Notes: generated from the letters alone by a model not told the origin. 63,119 nucleotides of DNA, filler included, from Stramenopiles sp. TOSAG23-2 (GCA_900128395.1; 12 parts of 12 records of this genome joined end to end with filler, not necessarily neighbours in it); one strand, 5' to 3'; shown: positions 1-12,120, counted from the whole stretch's first letter. Program-made: numbers and translations.

Positions 1-634
1 GTTTTGACTTTTAAATTCATTTTTTTTTTTTTTTTTTCATTTGTTGTTGTGCATTCCTGGCATTATTTATTCATCAACAAAAAAACCCGATTTTGACCGG
101 GACAGAAATACAACAGATCAACTTACCATTCCCTTAAATCTGGAGATACATTACGATACAACTGTTCTAACTGTGTACGCTAATAATACACAGTCTTTTT
201 TATTCGGAATACTTTTTTAGCCAATATAATAATAAGGCAATACTGTTATTATAATAACGGCCATACAAGACCAGGTAAGTACTACGAGGTATTATAAGTT
301 ATAAGCACCTATAATAATGATAAAAAGTGTTGATTCTTTTTCTCTTACTAGCTTAATCTTCTAGAAAAGTTGTTTTCAGTATTATTATTATTATTATTAT
401 AATAGTGTTATGTATTATTATTATTATTAGTCGTATTTAATATTATCATACACAGCATAATAATTAAATGTTTATATAAAAAGAAAAATTAAAGGATAGA
501 AAGTTACAATTTTTGTTATATATAATCCCACTGGTACTTTTTGCGGTGTGTTTTCATATATATAGTATCATAGGTAACAAATCTTTTCAACGTATTATTG
601 CTATTATAATCCGAACAATAATAAAAAATAAAAA

Positions 635-3145
635 ATGAGACGAAGAGCACTTCGAGATGAAACGACAGCAAGTAAGTTTCATAATGTTAGAACATTAACG
701 TCGTTTTCATATGATAGAGAGAATATCAAGCATAATACTTTAAAGCGGCGAGTTATTACGGAAGGAAAACGCCAAGAGAGTTCTTTTGTACCTAGATATT
801 CAAGAGCAAATACTATGACACCATACAATTATAGTGGCTTTGATAATAATTCTAAAATAGGGCATTCTAAATTCTTTCTTCCTTTAAAGTCAACTGGTCC
901 CGAAGAATTAGTACAGACTAATAGTAAAGACACAATGTCTAGTTTACGTCAATATCGTGATGATAACTCAATTATTAGAGAATTAACTTCGGAAATGAGG
1001 TTGTTGGACATGTCTGACCTACATTGGTGTTCTATCAGCACGCTACCAAAAGTTGGATTAAAATGTCCAAATTTAAGAAAAATTAGTTTTAGAAATTTGA
1101 AGCAATTAAATGATGCTGGTATTATAGCTTTAGGTGAAGGATGTCCACGACTTCTAGAAGTTGATTTAAGTGGCTGTACCAAGATTTCCGCTATTAGCTT
1201 AATCAAATCCACTCCAAACTGGGCACAATTGCAAACGTTAAAAATACATGGATGCAAACAAATATTTGATCGTGATCAAGGCTACGGCTCACAAAGTTCA
1301 GCATTATCATGGAAACATCTTTTAAACGCTGCTAAAACATGTTTACACAGTTTTATAATACATTATGAACCTGTGAAAACATTATATTTATTATTTATGG
1401 CAGTAATAACAAAGATACCAGAATATGAATTAGATGTATTAGCACTATTTATGGCAATTAACGATTTCTTTGTAAATGAAATGAAAAATATGAAAAAAAA
1501 TACAAAAAAAAATAAGAAACGTAACAAGGATTATAATTTTCTTACGTTTATATTAAATAAAATTAATGCAGATGAAGACCATGAAATTGATTTATCAACA
1601 TTATTTAAAGCTTTTGAGAAAACACCTTTAGAAATGAATGATTATGGAGAAAATTATATAATACGTGGTTACATGAAAGACTTTAGTGATATGAAAAACA
1701 TGAAATATTTTGACGAATTGACACATGCATTGGTAACTATTCTAGGAAATGAAAAGTTTAATGCATTCCTAGAAGCTTCATTTCAAAGATATGAAAATGA
1801 ATTTCATAAACCAGAAACGAAAGAACAACAAAAAAATAATGATGAGGAAGACGATGAGGTAGACCAGGCTAATCCTTTGTATGCCAGGGAAAGAATTGAA
1901 AAGAATATGACACAATTAAAATCAGAACTCAACTCCTATGTTAGTCATGTTAACAAATATGAAGATCTTGGTTCAAAATTCTTAATGACATTATCCTCCT
2001 TATCACCATCGTTACAAGAAGTGGACATGTCATATTGTGAAACACTTAGTGATGATCAGTTAAATAGCTGGTCCGCACCTGGTCTAGCAGATGCAGACCC
2101 AGAAGATCTATCAGAAATGTGGCATGAGTATAACTCGTGGGTTAGAACTGGCGAATGGGTCATAACGAAAGAACAATTGGAACAGACAACGGCATTAGGG
2201 GAAGCTGAAGAAAAATATGAAATAGATAAGCAAGAAATTAAAGATTTAATCGCAAAACACACCCATAAGTCATCTATGTTTCATATGGAAATTCATGAAC
2301 TAAAGGCAAAACCAGCAGCCGATGGACGGGAAGGGATGACGCCACAAGAGCTGAAACAATTGCAAAATTTAAATAGAAAATTAAAAATAGCTGAAAACAG
2401 AGTCATGAAAACACAAAAAGAATTAGAAGATTTAGATGTAGCAATAAATCAAGTGCGCTTAGAGGCGCAAGAAACTTTGGCCAGTCTAGCTGAAGGTGTA
2501 AGGAAAAAAGCTCCCGAACCACGTGCAAAATTAAAGTTTATTAATCTATCAGGATGTCGCAATGTTACAGATGATTCGATGGCATGGTTTGCAGCAATAT
2601 GCCCAAGAATACAAGTAATAAAAATGATGACTTGCGATCAACCCAAGTTAACACCGGGCTCAATTGAATCGCTTGTTCGTAGTTGTGGTGATTTATGTAG
2701 CATTGATTTAAGCGGATGCTCTCAATTGGATAAACGTGTGACAGAGGCACTAATAACATGGAGCATAGATTCCGTACAACATGTATCTTTATCATCATGC
2801 AATAACATTAAATCAAATGATATATGTAATCTTATCGACGAATGTAAAAATATGGAACATCTTGAAGTCGAAGGTCATTCGTTAATTTCTGAGGGTACTG
2901 TTACTTCCATTATCTCGAAAAATTATTTGTATCAATTGAATATAAATGGATGTCCAAAAGTGTCATTTTCGTTTGTTAAAAAATTACGTGCTTCCTATCC
3001 AAATAAAAATATAAAATATTTTCATCATGAGAAACTCTCTTTAAATAGCAAATTGAAAAAGGGTACTAGTACACAAAAGAAAGGTGGCAGCAGTAAAAGT
3101 AAGAAGAAGAAATCGAAGTCGTCATCTAAGAAGAAAAAGAAATAA
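635..3145 (+). CDS. Leucine-rich repeat protein (FBXL/AMN1-type cysteine-containing LRRs) with a central helical/coiled-coil insert
   Basis: 836-aa ORF with repeated LRR_CC motifs (CPNLRKISFRNLKQLNDAGI, CPRLLEVDLSGCTKIS, LKFINLSGCRNVTDDSM, LCSIDLSGCSQL), one EF-hand-like segment (NADEDHEIDL) and a Lys-rich C-terminal tail. Confidence 0.8.
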   Translation: MRRRALRDETTASKFHNVRTLTSFSYDRENIKHNTLKRRVITEGKRQESSFVPRYSRANTMTPYNYSGFDNNSKIGHSKFFLPLKSTGPEELVQTNSKDTMSSLRQYRDDNSIIRELTSEMRLLDMSDLHWCSISTLPKVGLKCPNLRKISFRNLKQLNDAGIIALGEGCPRLLEVDLSGCTKISAISLIKSTPNWAQLQTLKIHGCKQIFDRDQGYGSQSSALSWKHLLNAAKTCLHSFIIHYEPVKTLYLLFMAVITKIPEYELDVLALFMAINDFFVNEMKNMKKNTKKNKKRNKDYNFLTFILNKINADEDHEIDLSTLFKAFEKTPLEMNDYGENYIIRGYMKDFSDMKNMKYFDELTHALVTILGNEKFNAFLEASFQRYENEFHKPETKEQQKNNDEEDDEVDQANPLYARERIEKNMTQLKSELNSYVSHVNKYEDLGSKFLMTLSSLSPSLQEVDMSYCETLSDDQLNSWSAPGLADADPEDLSEMWHEYNSWVRTGEWVITKEQLEQTTALGEAEEKYEIDKQEIKDLIAKHTHKSSMFHMEIHELKAKPAADGREGMTPQELKQLQNLNRKLKIAENRVMKTQKELEDLDVAINQVRLEAQETLASLAEGVRKKAPEPRAKLKFINLSGCRNVTDDSMAWFAAICPRIQVIKMMTCDQPKLTPGSIESLVRSCGDLCSIDLSGCSQLDKRVTEALITWSIDSVQHVSLSSCNNIKSNDICNLIDECKNMEHLEVEGHSLISEGTVTSIISKNYLYQLNINGCPKVSFSFVKKLRASYPNKNIKYFHHEKLSLNSKLKKGTSTQKKGGSSKSKKKKSKSSSKKKKK

Positions 3146-3338
3146 GGGGATTAGAGAGATGTTTTTCTACGTATCATTACGTACTCTACGTAGGTATCTC
3201 GGCGTTTGTCCTTTTTAAAGACTGAGAGATCATATTTGGACCTTGGACCATTATGTGTTAATTGAAAAAACTTTTTAAAAAATTGTACACACAAATCCTC
3301 TCTCTCTCTCTAAAAAATACGCATTCTATATAAAAGCT

Positions 3339-5876
3339 CTAAAGTCTCTCCCCACTATTTCCATATTCATCTTGAAGCAATCGTCTACGTCTTGAATTAG
3401 TACTACCACATTTACTATTTGGTTTATGATCGCATTTTGCTGTAAACGTCGTACCAGTCACTTTGTAATTGTAACCAATTTGTAATTTCGTACTATTTGG
3501 TTTATGATCGCATTTTGCTGTAAACGTCGTACCAGTCACTTTGTAATTGTAACCAATTTGTAAGTTAGTCCATTTATCCTTTACTTTTGTAATACCATTT
3601 CCATCTTCTGCAGGTGCACAATCAATATCTTTACAGACTTGATAATCTTTTGTATCTGGACAACATGACTCATGATCCAACCAAATTTTTACATCTATTG
3701 TTGTTCTTGGTATGTGTGGTTTTAATTCTTTATTATTTGTATTACCACATTGTGGTAATTCTTTTTGCAAATATCCATTTGGTGACTTAGCATCTAATTG
3801 TACAACGAACAAATCCGTTCCATTAATATTTTGCAATGATATATCATTTGCAGTAAACATTGGTGTTGGACAATCATCATTTATTTCATAACGTCCTTGT
3901 TTACGTGAACCAAGTAAAAAAAGTTTATCTTTTGGTATATCCCATGGCATCATAATAGCTAAATTAATGACTGTATCTGGATGATTTAAATCAATATGAG
4001 CATATCCAGTACAAAAAAAGTTTATCTTTTGGTATATCCCATGGCATCATAATAGCTAAATTAATGACTGTATCTGGATGATTTAAATCAATATGAGCAT
4101 ATCCAGTGCAAAGCTCATCTTTTTTTTGTTCATATTCATCTACATCTTTCATTGTAACCACTGGGCAAAAATCGTCAGAAAGTTGAGAACCTCCACCTAA
4201 TCGTCGTTTTTGTTTATTATTTTGTTTTAAAATGGCAAGAAAATTGTTGGTTTTGTTGGTTGTTTGTTTGAGGGTGTCGATTTCAGCAGCGGTATTTCTT
4301 TTGAAGGTAGCATCTTTCTTTTCTAAAATAGCATCTTTCTTTTCTAAAATAGCATCTTTCTTTTCTAAACGTTTTATTTTATTACGTGATTGCTTTATTT
4401 CATTACGTGATTGCTTTATTTCATTACGTGATTGCTTAACTTCTTTCGTTAATATTGCATCTTTTTTCACTAAACGTTTTATTTTACTATGCGATTGCTT
4501 ACTTTCTGCTGCTAACATCTCCATTTTCTTTTCTAACTTTCGTATCTCACTATTACTACTACCAACACCATCGCCGCCATCAAGATCAATACCATCATCA
4601 CGATTCTTTCCATCCTCCTCATCTTTACCAAACATAAAAACACTTGCACTGTTTAATATATTTGTAAATCCTTTTTGAATACTTGGCCAAACGCCTAACA
4701 ATCTACGTCTTCTACGTCTTCTTCTACGCTGCAATGGTTCTAATAATGCATTCATTTCATCGTAATATGTTGCTAACATATGTTCATATGGATAAAATAA
4801 TTCACATAAACGGATTGCTTCGTTGGTCGGCAAACCAAATTCACGTGGACCACATAATAATGTCGTTTCAAATAAAGTATTTAATTTCTTTTGTAATTTA
4901 TTGCCATCATGAATGCCTTGAGTTGCTTTCTTCATACCTTCTTGTAAATATCCATCTTTTTTTATGATATCTACGATTTCACCATATAAATTTTCTACCG
5001 TAATATTACCACCTTGTGCTAATGCAAATGGTACAATTGCACTACGTGGAACATTACCAGATGGATCATTACATGATTTTAAAGCTTCAAAATTATCTTT
5101 ACGACAACAGATATTTGGCCATAAATCACGTCCAGTATATTTTGGGATGGATGGCAGTCTCGGGTATAATTTATCTTGCAATAATTTAATAAATCGTGGA
5201 CGAAAATTACAAAATGAACTAATTAAACGATTACGATTTTCATTTAAACAATATTTATCATCAATTTCTGCATCGGATGGTATAATAACACCAGTTCGTA
5301 ATGTACCAAATGCTAATCGTTTTTTTTCTAGTTCGCAATGATGTTCCACATTGTATTCTGGTAATTTTGATAATCGATCACGTAATTTTTGTGCTTCATT
5401 GATTACATCTTGTGTTGCCCAACTTAATGATAATTTTGCTATTAAACCATTTGCTTTTTGTTTGACTTCCTCAGATTTTGCATTGGAATATTTAAGGGTT
5501 TTGATGATATCACCTTGTTGTGTGTGTAATGATTCTACGTTTTGTAACATATAATCAATATCATAACATTTTGGTGACCCCTTTGGGGATACTTGAGTAC
5601 CAGAACATGGCTGGCATGGACTTCCATCAAGGGACTTGAAGCCGGCAAGACATTGTTTGCATGATTGTTGTCCTGCTTTATTAAGCGGGCCTGATTTACC
5701 TGACCCTGGAGCACATATTATACCAAGCTTCAAACATTTTGGCCTGTTTCCACATTTGCATGTTACACCTACTGTTATTTGATTATCGTTTACTTGATTG
5801 CATGTACCAGTAAATGGATCTTCTGTACATAAATTATCTGAACATGTTTTCCATGTTGGTGTACCACCACTACTAT
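3339..5876 (-). CDS. Cys-rich secreted/extracellular protein, 5' partial; split into two ORFs by a 97-bp duplication
   Basis: ORFs 3991..5955 and 3339..3953 share the sequence IMMPWDIPKDKLFL, and removing one copy of the 97-bp duplication joins them. Has GCC2/GCC3 (ephrin-receptor-like) Cys motifs (CAPG...CKQCLAGF...CQPCSG), a coiled coil and three RR(R)L motifs. A probable intron acceptor (GAAG) lies at 5877. Confidence 0.7.
3413..3563. repeat. In-frame 78-bp tandem duplication (26 aa)
   Basis: TACTATTTGGTTTATGATCG... occurs at 3413 and 3491; the protein repeats LQIGYNYKVTGTTFTAKCDHKPNS twice. Confidence 0.9.
3916..4107. repeat. Exact 97-bp-period tandem duplication causing a frameshift
   Basis: AAAAAAAGTTTATCTTTTGG...CATATCCAGT occurs at 3916-4010 and 4013-4107. 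Confidence 0.9.
4306..4437. repeat. 21-bp coding tandem repeats (heptads)
   Basis: The protein has LEKKDAI x2-3 and KQSRNEI x3. Confidence 0.8.
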
Positions 5877-5960
5877 CTTCATAAATATTATTATTATTAT
5901 TTGGATAAAAAAGTATTCCGAATAAAAAAAAAGACTGTGTATTATTAGCGTACACAGTTA

Positions 5961-6060
5961 NNNNNNNNNNNNNNNNNNNNNNNNNNNNNNNNNNNNNNNN
6001 NNNNTTAATTAATTAANNNNNNNNNNNNNNNNNNNNNNNNNNNNNNNNNNNNNNNNNNNN
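5961..6060. other. Artificial contig linker N44-TTAATTAATTAA-N44 (first of 11)
   Basis: The same 100-bp linker, with stops in all six frames, recurs at 12021, 18080, 24135, 30189, 36235, 42270, 48302, 54328, 60345 and 61733; contig lengths decrease along the window. Confidence 0.98.
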
Positions 6061-6377
6061 GTGGGAAATGTTTCTTGATATGAAAATGAAAAGTGGGTTT
6101 ACCGGAAAGAAGTTGAGAATACGATTTGATCAAGAAGAATAGAGAGAGGGGGGTGAGGAGAGGGGAAAAAGGAGAGGAAGGAATGTTTAATGTCAAAATA
6201 TACCATATTCCATTGCGCTATATTGGTATATGAGCGGTAGTATTTTTAGAGATATAAAAAATTCTCTCGTATTTTATAAATTAAAGATTTTATTTACTCA
6301 TAATGTTATATTCACTATATATGTGTAATTACCAGAAATATTATAAATTGAAAGATATAACTAAACCGGAAAGACCT

Positions 6378-6750
6378 GTGAAAGAATTATTCATGTTGTT
6401 TAGATCCAGGGGAAGCAAGAGCGGTAACTGGTATATATAATATATGAATGATTACCAATAAAGATGCGGAATAAAAAAAAAAAGCAGCAGCAGCTTCTTA
6501 CCTGTAAGCTGCTGGAAAGAACAACACAGCGAACAACAACAAGAGTTGTTTTGTGTTGCTTTAGTGAAAGAATTATTCATGTTGTTTAGATCCAGGGGAA
6601 GCAAGAGCGGTAACTGGTATATATAATATATGAATGATTACCAATAAAGATGCGGAATAAAAAAAAAAAGCAGCAGCAGCTTCTTACCTGTAAGCTGCTG
6701 GAAAGAACAACACAGCGAACAACAACAAGAGTTGTTTTGTGTTGCTTTAG
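6378..6750. repeat. Exact 186-bp non-coding tandem duplication
   Basis: GTGAAAGAATTATTCATG...GTTGCTTTAG occurs at 6378-6564 and 6564-6750. Confidence 0.9.
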
Positions 6751-6991
6751 CTTCTCTCTCTCTGGTTGTTACTTTCTTATATTAAGGTTAAAAAGCCGAT
6801 CTACTCGTGATAAATTTTCCTGGAATACAATAACTATAATGATATGATGATATAATATTATAATTTACATGATATATATTATATTCGTAATGCATGAACT
6901 AAATTATAATTTGATATAGCTATTTGAATCACATATATTAAAAATCTCATTATCATCTCACTTTAACTTCTCTAATATGATATGTAAGATT

Positions 6992-9900
6992 CTATACCTT
7001 TTTCCAACTACAAACGCCTTCATGTTTTTCAACATTTTTAAAAGTACCTCTAAATCTACTTCCACAATAGATGCATTCATATTTTCCATTTGGATTATGT
7101 TTCCCTTCATGTTTTTCAACATTTTTAAAAGTACCTCTAAATCTACTTCCACAATAGATGCATTCATATTTTCCATTTGGATTATGTTTCAAATACAATC
7201 TCCTTTTTCGTAATACTTTTATTGATTTCGATGTTTTCCTCTTTGTACCTTTGTTCATTTTAATAACTTTAAGTATCATATCATTCATTGTCTTTTTTAT
7301 AATTTCATTCGGATGTTTATCATTTTCATGTTTTAACATGTCGCGATATGTACCTTTAAAATTGCAATTATATTCACAGAAATACAATCTCCTTTTTCGT
7401 AATGCTTTTATTGATTTCGATGTTTTCCTCTTTTTACCTTTGTTCATTTTAATAACTTTAAGTATCATATCATTCATTGTCTTGTTTATAATTTCATTTG
7501 GATGTTTATCATTTTCATGTTTTAACACGTCGCGATATGTACCTTTAAAATTACAATGAAACTCGCAGATGAAAAGCTTTTCCCTCTTTTTTTTAACTTT
7601 TACCTTTTTTTTTCTATTTCGTTGATTTTCAACAAAATCTACCATATCGTTCATCGCAGTTATTACTACATCATTTAAATGTTCATTATTTTCATGTTTT
7701 TTCAATAATCCATACTGGTCAAACCGCTTCGTGCAATACACACATTGATAAGGGTATTTCTTTTTTCTTTTTTTATACAGCAAAAGACGTTTTCTTTGTA
7801 TTTTGTTTTTAATATTACCAATACAGTAAATTGGTCTAATTTTATGTTGAAATTTTACTTTTTCAACACATTCATTTAAAACTTGAGAAACAACTATTTT
7901 AACAATTTCATCGTCGTACTTGAGTTTTATTTTTATTTTTTTTCGACTCCGCGGTGCAAATAATATTCCACTACCAACGTTATCCCTTTGTATTCTTTTT
8001 TTTGTTGAAACCAATGATTCAACAGGTCCCTTCATCTTCCATTTTTCCTCTTTCAAATGCATTGCTTCAAATATTTGAGAACATTCATTAGCATTTATAT
8101 CAAACGCTTCCTCAAGTAAACAACTATGTATACGCCTTAATAACAACACAGCCGACTTACCCGTCATATCAATTGGACGAACACAATGTTTTATATCACT
8201 TACCGCATAACCATCTGGTTCCATTAAAGTAACATCCCCACGTAGCATTGGAACAAAAAATGAACTATCAAGTCCTGCGTGTGTTTTACTGCCAAAACTT
8301 AAACGACAATCTGAAAACAGACGTAATGATGTAATAGGTTGTGCGAAACGATCAAAATCATCATAATGTGCAGCTAACCCACATGTACCATCATGATAAA
8401 CATTGCATGCGTATGAATTTATAAATTTTTCTGGTTGTTCAGGAATTCTAACAACAATGTCCCGGGGTATAACATTAGCATCTACCAATGGTTTCTCTAA
8501 TTCGTTATGGAACCAACTTGGTGCTTTTGATACATCAACTCGAATACCATTCGCTCTTTGCATTAATTGCTTGTCCAAACCTTTAAAATCATTCCCCCTG
8601 GGGATAGGAAAATGAGAAAGAGAAGAAGAAAATTCAAAACAAATATTAGTTTTAGTTTTATACTATGTATCTTATAAAATAGGCAACAGAGGTGGAAGAT
8701 GGAGACGGGAGACTTACCATAAATATCTCGCATTGAAAAACATTTTTGTACGTACTAAATTTAAACCATTCTTTGACCTAGTTTGATGGTATGTGTTTGG
8801 TAAAAATTGTTTCTTTACGATTCGATCAATTGTTTCATCAACATTTTTTTCTAATGATTCCAACTGATTTTCATTAAAAATGTTTCTGTACGTAGTCATA
8901 CCGACAGGGTATCTATAATTTTGCTCTTCACGGTTGTACTTAATTCTAGTACTCTTGCTGCTGCTACTACCATTGACATTATTCATTGTATTTAATTCAA
9001 TAGTATCGATTGCTTCTCTATATTTTATAGTGTCGTAGTTTTGTGGTGGAAAACTAAAGTAGTATCTACGTTTGATTACTGCAGCTACATTCCTTTTCTC
9101 GGTTTTAGTATTATTATTATCATTATTACATATTGCGTCATCCTCTACACTCTGTTGATCTAGAGAAGTTGGCGATGAAAGAACAGTATCAATCCAATAT
9201 AATTTATTTTCAAATGAATCGCGTGAGTTTACAAAACGATATTTAAATACATGTTGCTGCTGCTGCTGCTGCTGTTGTTGTTCATATATCTTCGTAACCA
9301 AAGATTTTTTTTCACCCTCAATACGCTTGTTTAATTGTTTTATCATATCTGTTTCGAATAAGTAAATTAAATGTAACAATTTCATTTTTAATGTATTTGA
9401 AATTTCATGATAAACGGATTCAGATATATGTAATTCACAACGTATTTTACATATCTTTTTCCTTCCTGATGCTGAGTGGGTTGTCGATTTTGTTGAATGA
9501 ATTGTTGGTGTTTTTGAATGAGTAGTATTGCCCGTTTTATCAAGAATAATAATGTTATTGCTTTTACTGCTTCTTATTCGTTTAATATTGTTACTATCCT
9601 CGTCATTTTTATCGTCAATTTTACTAGCAACAGCGGATTTGTTGGCAAATACAATTTGTATATTGCTTTTTGAAATATCAGCATCGGTTAATATTGGTTG
9701 TATTTGATCAATTAATGTTATATTCATATTTACACCATCGGCATTATTATCATCGTTTTCGATAAGATTTATCAATTGATAATGTAAACAAATTACACTG
9801 TCCGTGTAAATCCAGCTTCCAGTACGGCTTGGTTGAATATTAAATAAATCTGGAACTATTACCTTTTTATTTGTTTTTGAATTGTATTCAATGATACTTT

Positions 9901-10486
9901 CTTTATATTTTTCATACAATTTTAAGCGTGATTTATTCTTTAACAAATAATCATTAATTTTTCGATCGTACCCAGAGCTTGGAAGAATCACCATTGCCGT
10001 TTTCTGCCCTTTTAGTTTCTCGTTAAAATATCTTTTTATATCTTCTTTTTCATATGGTGCTAATATGCTATGAAATGATGATTTAGATGGACGGTATACA
10101 ACATGAGGGAGATGATTATATTGTTTTGATTCTGTGCATGCGACGAACGATATGCTTGATGTTTGTTTATGCCTAAGTTTAGGTTGTAAGTCACCATTTA
10201 ACGTTAATGTTAATTTTCTCTTTGATGGTCGTTGTTGCTTTGGATCATTTGTCGTTGCTGTTCTTATTCTTCTGGACTTATTATTAACACTTGATCCTTT
10301 TTTGTATTTTGTAATTAGTAAACGTTGCTGATGCGAAGGTAATTTTGGTTGATGAGGTGGCTGTTGTGGTGTTTCTGGTAATGATGATGGTGCATGTACT
10401 ATTTTAATGTATTTTCTTTTTTTTAATTGTTTATTATTAGGTATCACGGGGTTAACCTTGCCCAAGGGCTTGGCAATTTCGTTCAT
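6992..10486 (-). CDS. ALKBH5-like Fe(II)/2-oxoglutarate dioxygenase with five C-terminal zinc fingers; two exons (10486-8718, 8597-6992)
   Basis: Motifs RTKMFFNARYLW, FINSYACNVY..G..LAAHYDD, FAQPITSLRLFSDCRLSFG, RGDVTLM, IKHCVRP and SAVLLLRR match the ALKBH5 pattern, with an HxD...H triad. The intron has donor TG|GTAAGT, branch ACTAAT and a pyrimidine tract ending CCCCAG, and splicing joins the two ORFs in frame (W-GNDFKGLDK). Confidence 0.85.
7016..7558. repeat. Coding tandem repeats of zinc-finger units (87-bp exact pair and 189-bp diverged pair)
   Basis: KHNPNGKYECIYCGSRFRGTFKNVEKHEG occurs twice; CxxxCNFKGTYRDxLKHENDKHPNEII...RKRRLY occurs twice. Confidence 0.85.
8598..8717 (-). other. 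Spliceosomal GT-AG intron, 120 bp
   Basis: GTAAGT donor, ACTAAT branch-like motif, polypyrimidine tract and CAG acceptor; removing it restores the reading frame. Confidence 0.85.
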
Positions 10487-10556
10487 TGATTTTTTTTTTT
10501 TTTGTACTCTTTTCTTTTAACTTTCTGGTATATATGTATATTCTACAGTATATATG

Positions 10557-10589
<33 letters not shown>
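10557..10589. repeat. (GATA)n microsatellite
   Basis: About 8 consecutive TAGA units. Confidence 0.9.
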
Positions 10590-10746
10590 GGAGAGTATGT
10601 AAATAGACTATATATCTTTCTTTTGCTTTTGTATAAATGTATATTCAACTATCGCAAAAAGGTATCTTTTCTTTTCACCACTCTTCTTACAGGTATATTC
10701 AACCTAATATCGCCGGTATCTTTTTTTTTCACCACTCCTCTTCTTC

Positions 10747-11013
10747 CTTGTATCCCTTGCTGTGTCAATGCTATTATATTAGCAGGTACATAGGATTTCC
10801 ATCATGTGTGTGCTATATCTCCATACTATTGTATTAACAGGTGCATAGTGGGGGGGGAATCGATATGAAATCATTTTTGCCGTTTTTGATAGGAAGCTTA
10901 TCCTTGTTAGTGATCTATTCTTTCTATTACTATAGAAATCCTCCATTTTTCCATCCATTTTCACTGCTATGTACCTACTAATATAATAGCATTGACACAG
11001 CAAGGGATACAAG
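10747..11013. mobile_element. 267-bp element with 47-bp terminal inverted repeats (MITE-like)
   Basis: 10747-10793 is the reverse complement of 10967-11013 with 1 mismatch; no clear target-site duplication. Confidence 0.55.
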
Positions 11014-11103
11014 CATCAATTTGTTTCACATATAGTGTGTAAGAATACTGTTTTACTGTACTAGGGAATACTACTCGGTCCCTACACTCGTCTACCGGTA
11101 AAT

Positions 11104-11369
11104 TTTTAAATGATGCTCGTGATGCCGATGGATTTTAGCATGACATAGCGTTAAAATCACAAAAATTAGAGTTATCGTGTAGGGTTTAACCGTTTTAAGT
11201 TACCGAACTAACTATTTAGAGTGGAATAGGAATAATAATATCCGATATTATTCAATTATTTATCATTTTCATATAATTATTTGATGATTATTTTTATATG
11301 ATAAAATTCCTGAAATGTTATTGATTTTTTTGAGGCAAAATCCATCGGCATCACGAGCATCATTTAAAA
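11104..11369. mobile_element. 266-bp element with perfect 33-bp terminal inverted repeats (MITE-like)
   Basis: TTTTAAATGATGCTCGTGATGCCGATGGATTTT at 11104-11136 and its exact reverse complement at 11337-11369. Confidence 0.55.
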
Positions 11370-11779
11370 CTCTGCCTAAGGCTTGCTACAGCCCAGAATT
11401 ACTAAGGGAATACCAGGAAATACCATAGGAATAGAGCTATAGAGCTAGCTAGCCAGCTAGCCACCTGTATCCGAGTATTATTAATTTCAGCATTGCAGCA
11501 TTGCAGCATTGCAGCATTGCATGCACCGTTCTCGCACATTAAAGCAATACAAAAATGTAGAGATATATATTGAAAAGACGACAATTGATTGAGGTGTGGT
11601 GTGGAAAGAAAGAAAAGAAAGGAGAATTTGTCACTCTCTTGAATACATCATTCTTTTTGGTGTTAGTATAATAATAATAATAATAATATTTTATTGATTT
11701 AATATCTTTCATTAATTGATCATTTGGTTGAAAAGATTTATTATTATATTTTCTTTTTTTTTTCTTGTTGTTGTTGATA

Positions 11780-12020
11780 ATGAATAGGTTAAAACATTTT
11801 ATTCGATCAACAATATGTATCATTTTTGCATGTTCATTTTTATTTGTTTCTATTGAATCGAAAGCATATTACATTAACTGCAATTTAGTTGGAAGTAGGA
11901 GTGGAACAAATGTCATGGAAAGCGATATATTAATGGGAAGAGATGTCATTGATACAAAGAATTTAATTAAAACTTCAAAAAATACATATCGTAGTGGTGA
12001 CATAATTAAAGTCAAAATTT
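11780..12020 (+). CDS. Secreted protein, 3' truncated (possibly Reeler-like)
   Basis: ATG followed by a signal-peptide-like segment (MNRLKHFIRSTICIIFACSFLFVSIESKA); the frame is open to the contig end; weak Reeler resemblance (TYRSGDIIKVKI). Confidence 0.5.
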
Positions 12021-12120
12021 NNNNNNNNNNNNNNNNNNNNNNNNNNNNNNNNNNNNNNNNNNNNTTAATTAATTAANNNNNNNNNNNNNNNNNNNNNNNN
12101 NNNNNNNNNNNNNNNNNNNN

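Noticed and set aside
271-282. Strong splice donor CAG|GTAAGT upstream of the LRR gene
   Set aside because: No upstream coding exon or matching in-frame acceptor could be established; it may be a 5' UTR intron but this is unsupported.
3916-4107. Programmed frameshift or two-gene arrangement
   Set aside because: It is fully explained by an exact 97-bp duplication, most likely an assembly merge error.
11180-11188. TAAACCCTA on the minus strand as a telomerase RNA template inside the second foldback element
   Set aside because: A single 9-mer is plausible by chance in 63 kb, I see no supporting promoter or terminator, and the host telomere repeat is unknown.
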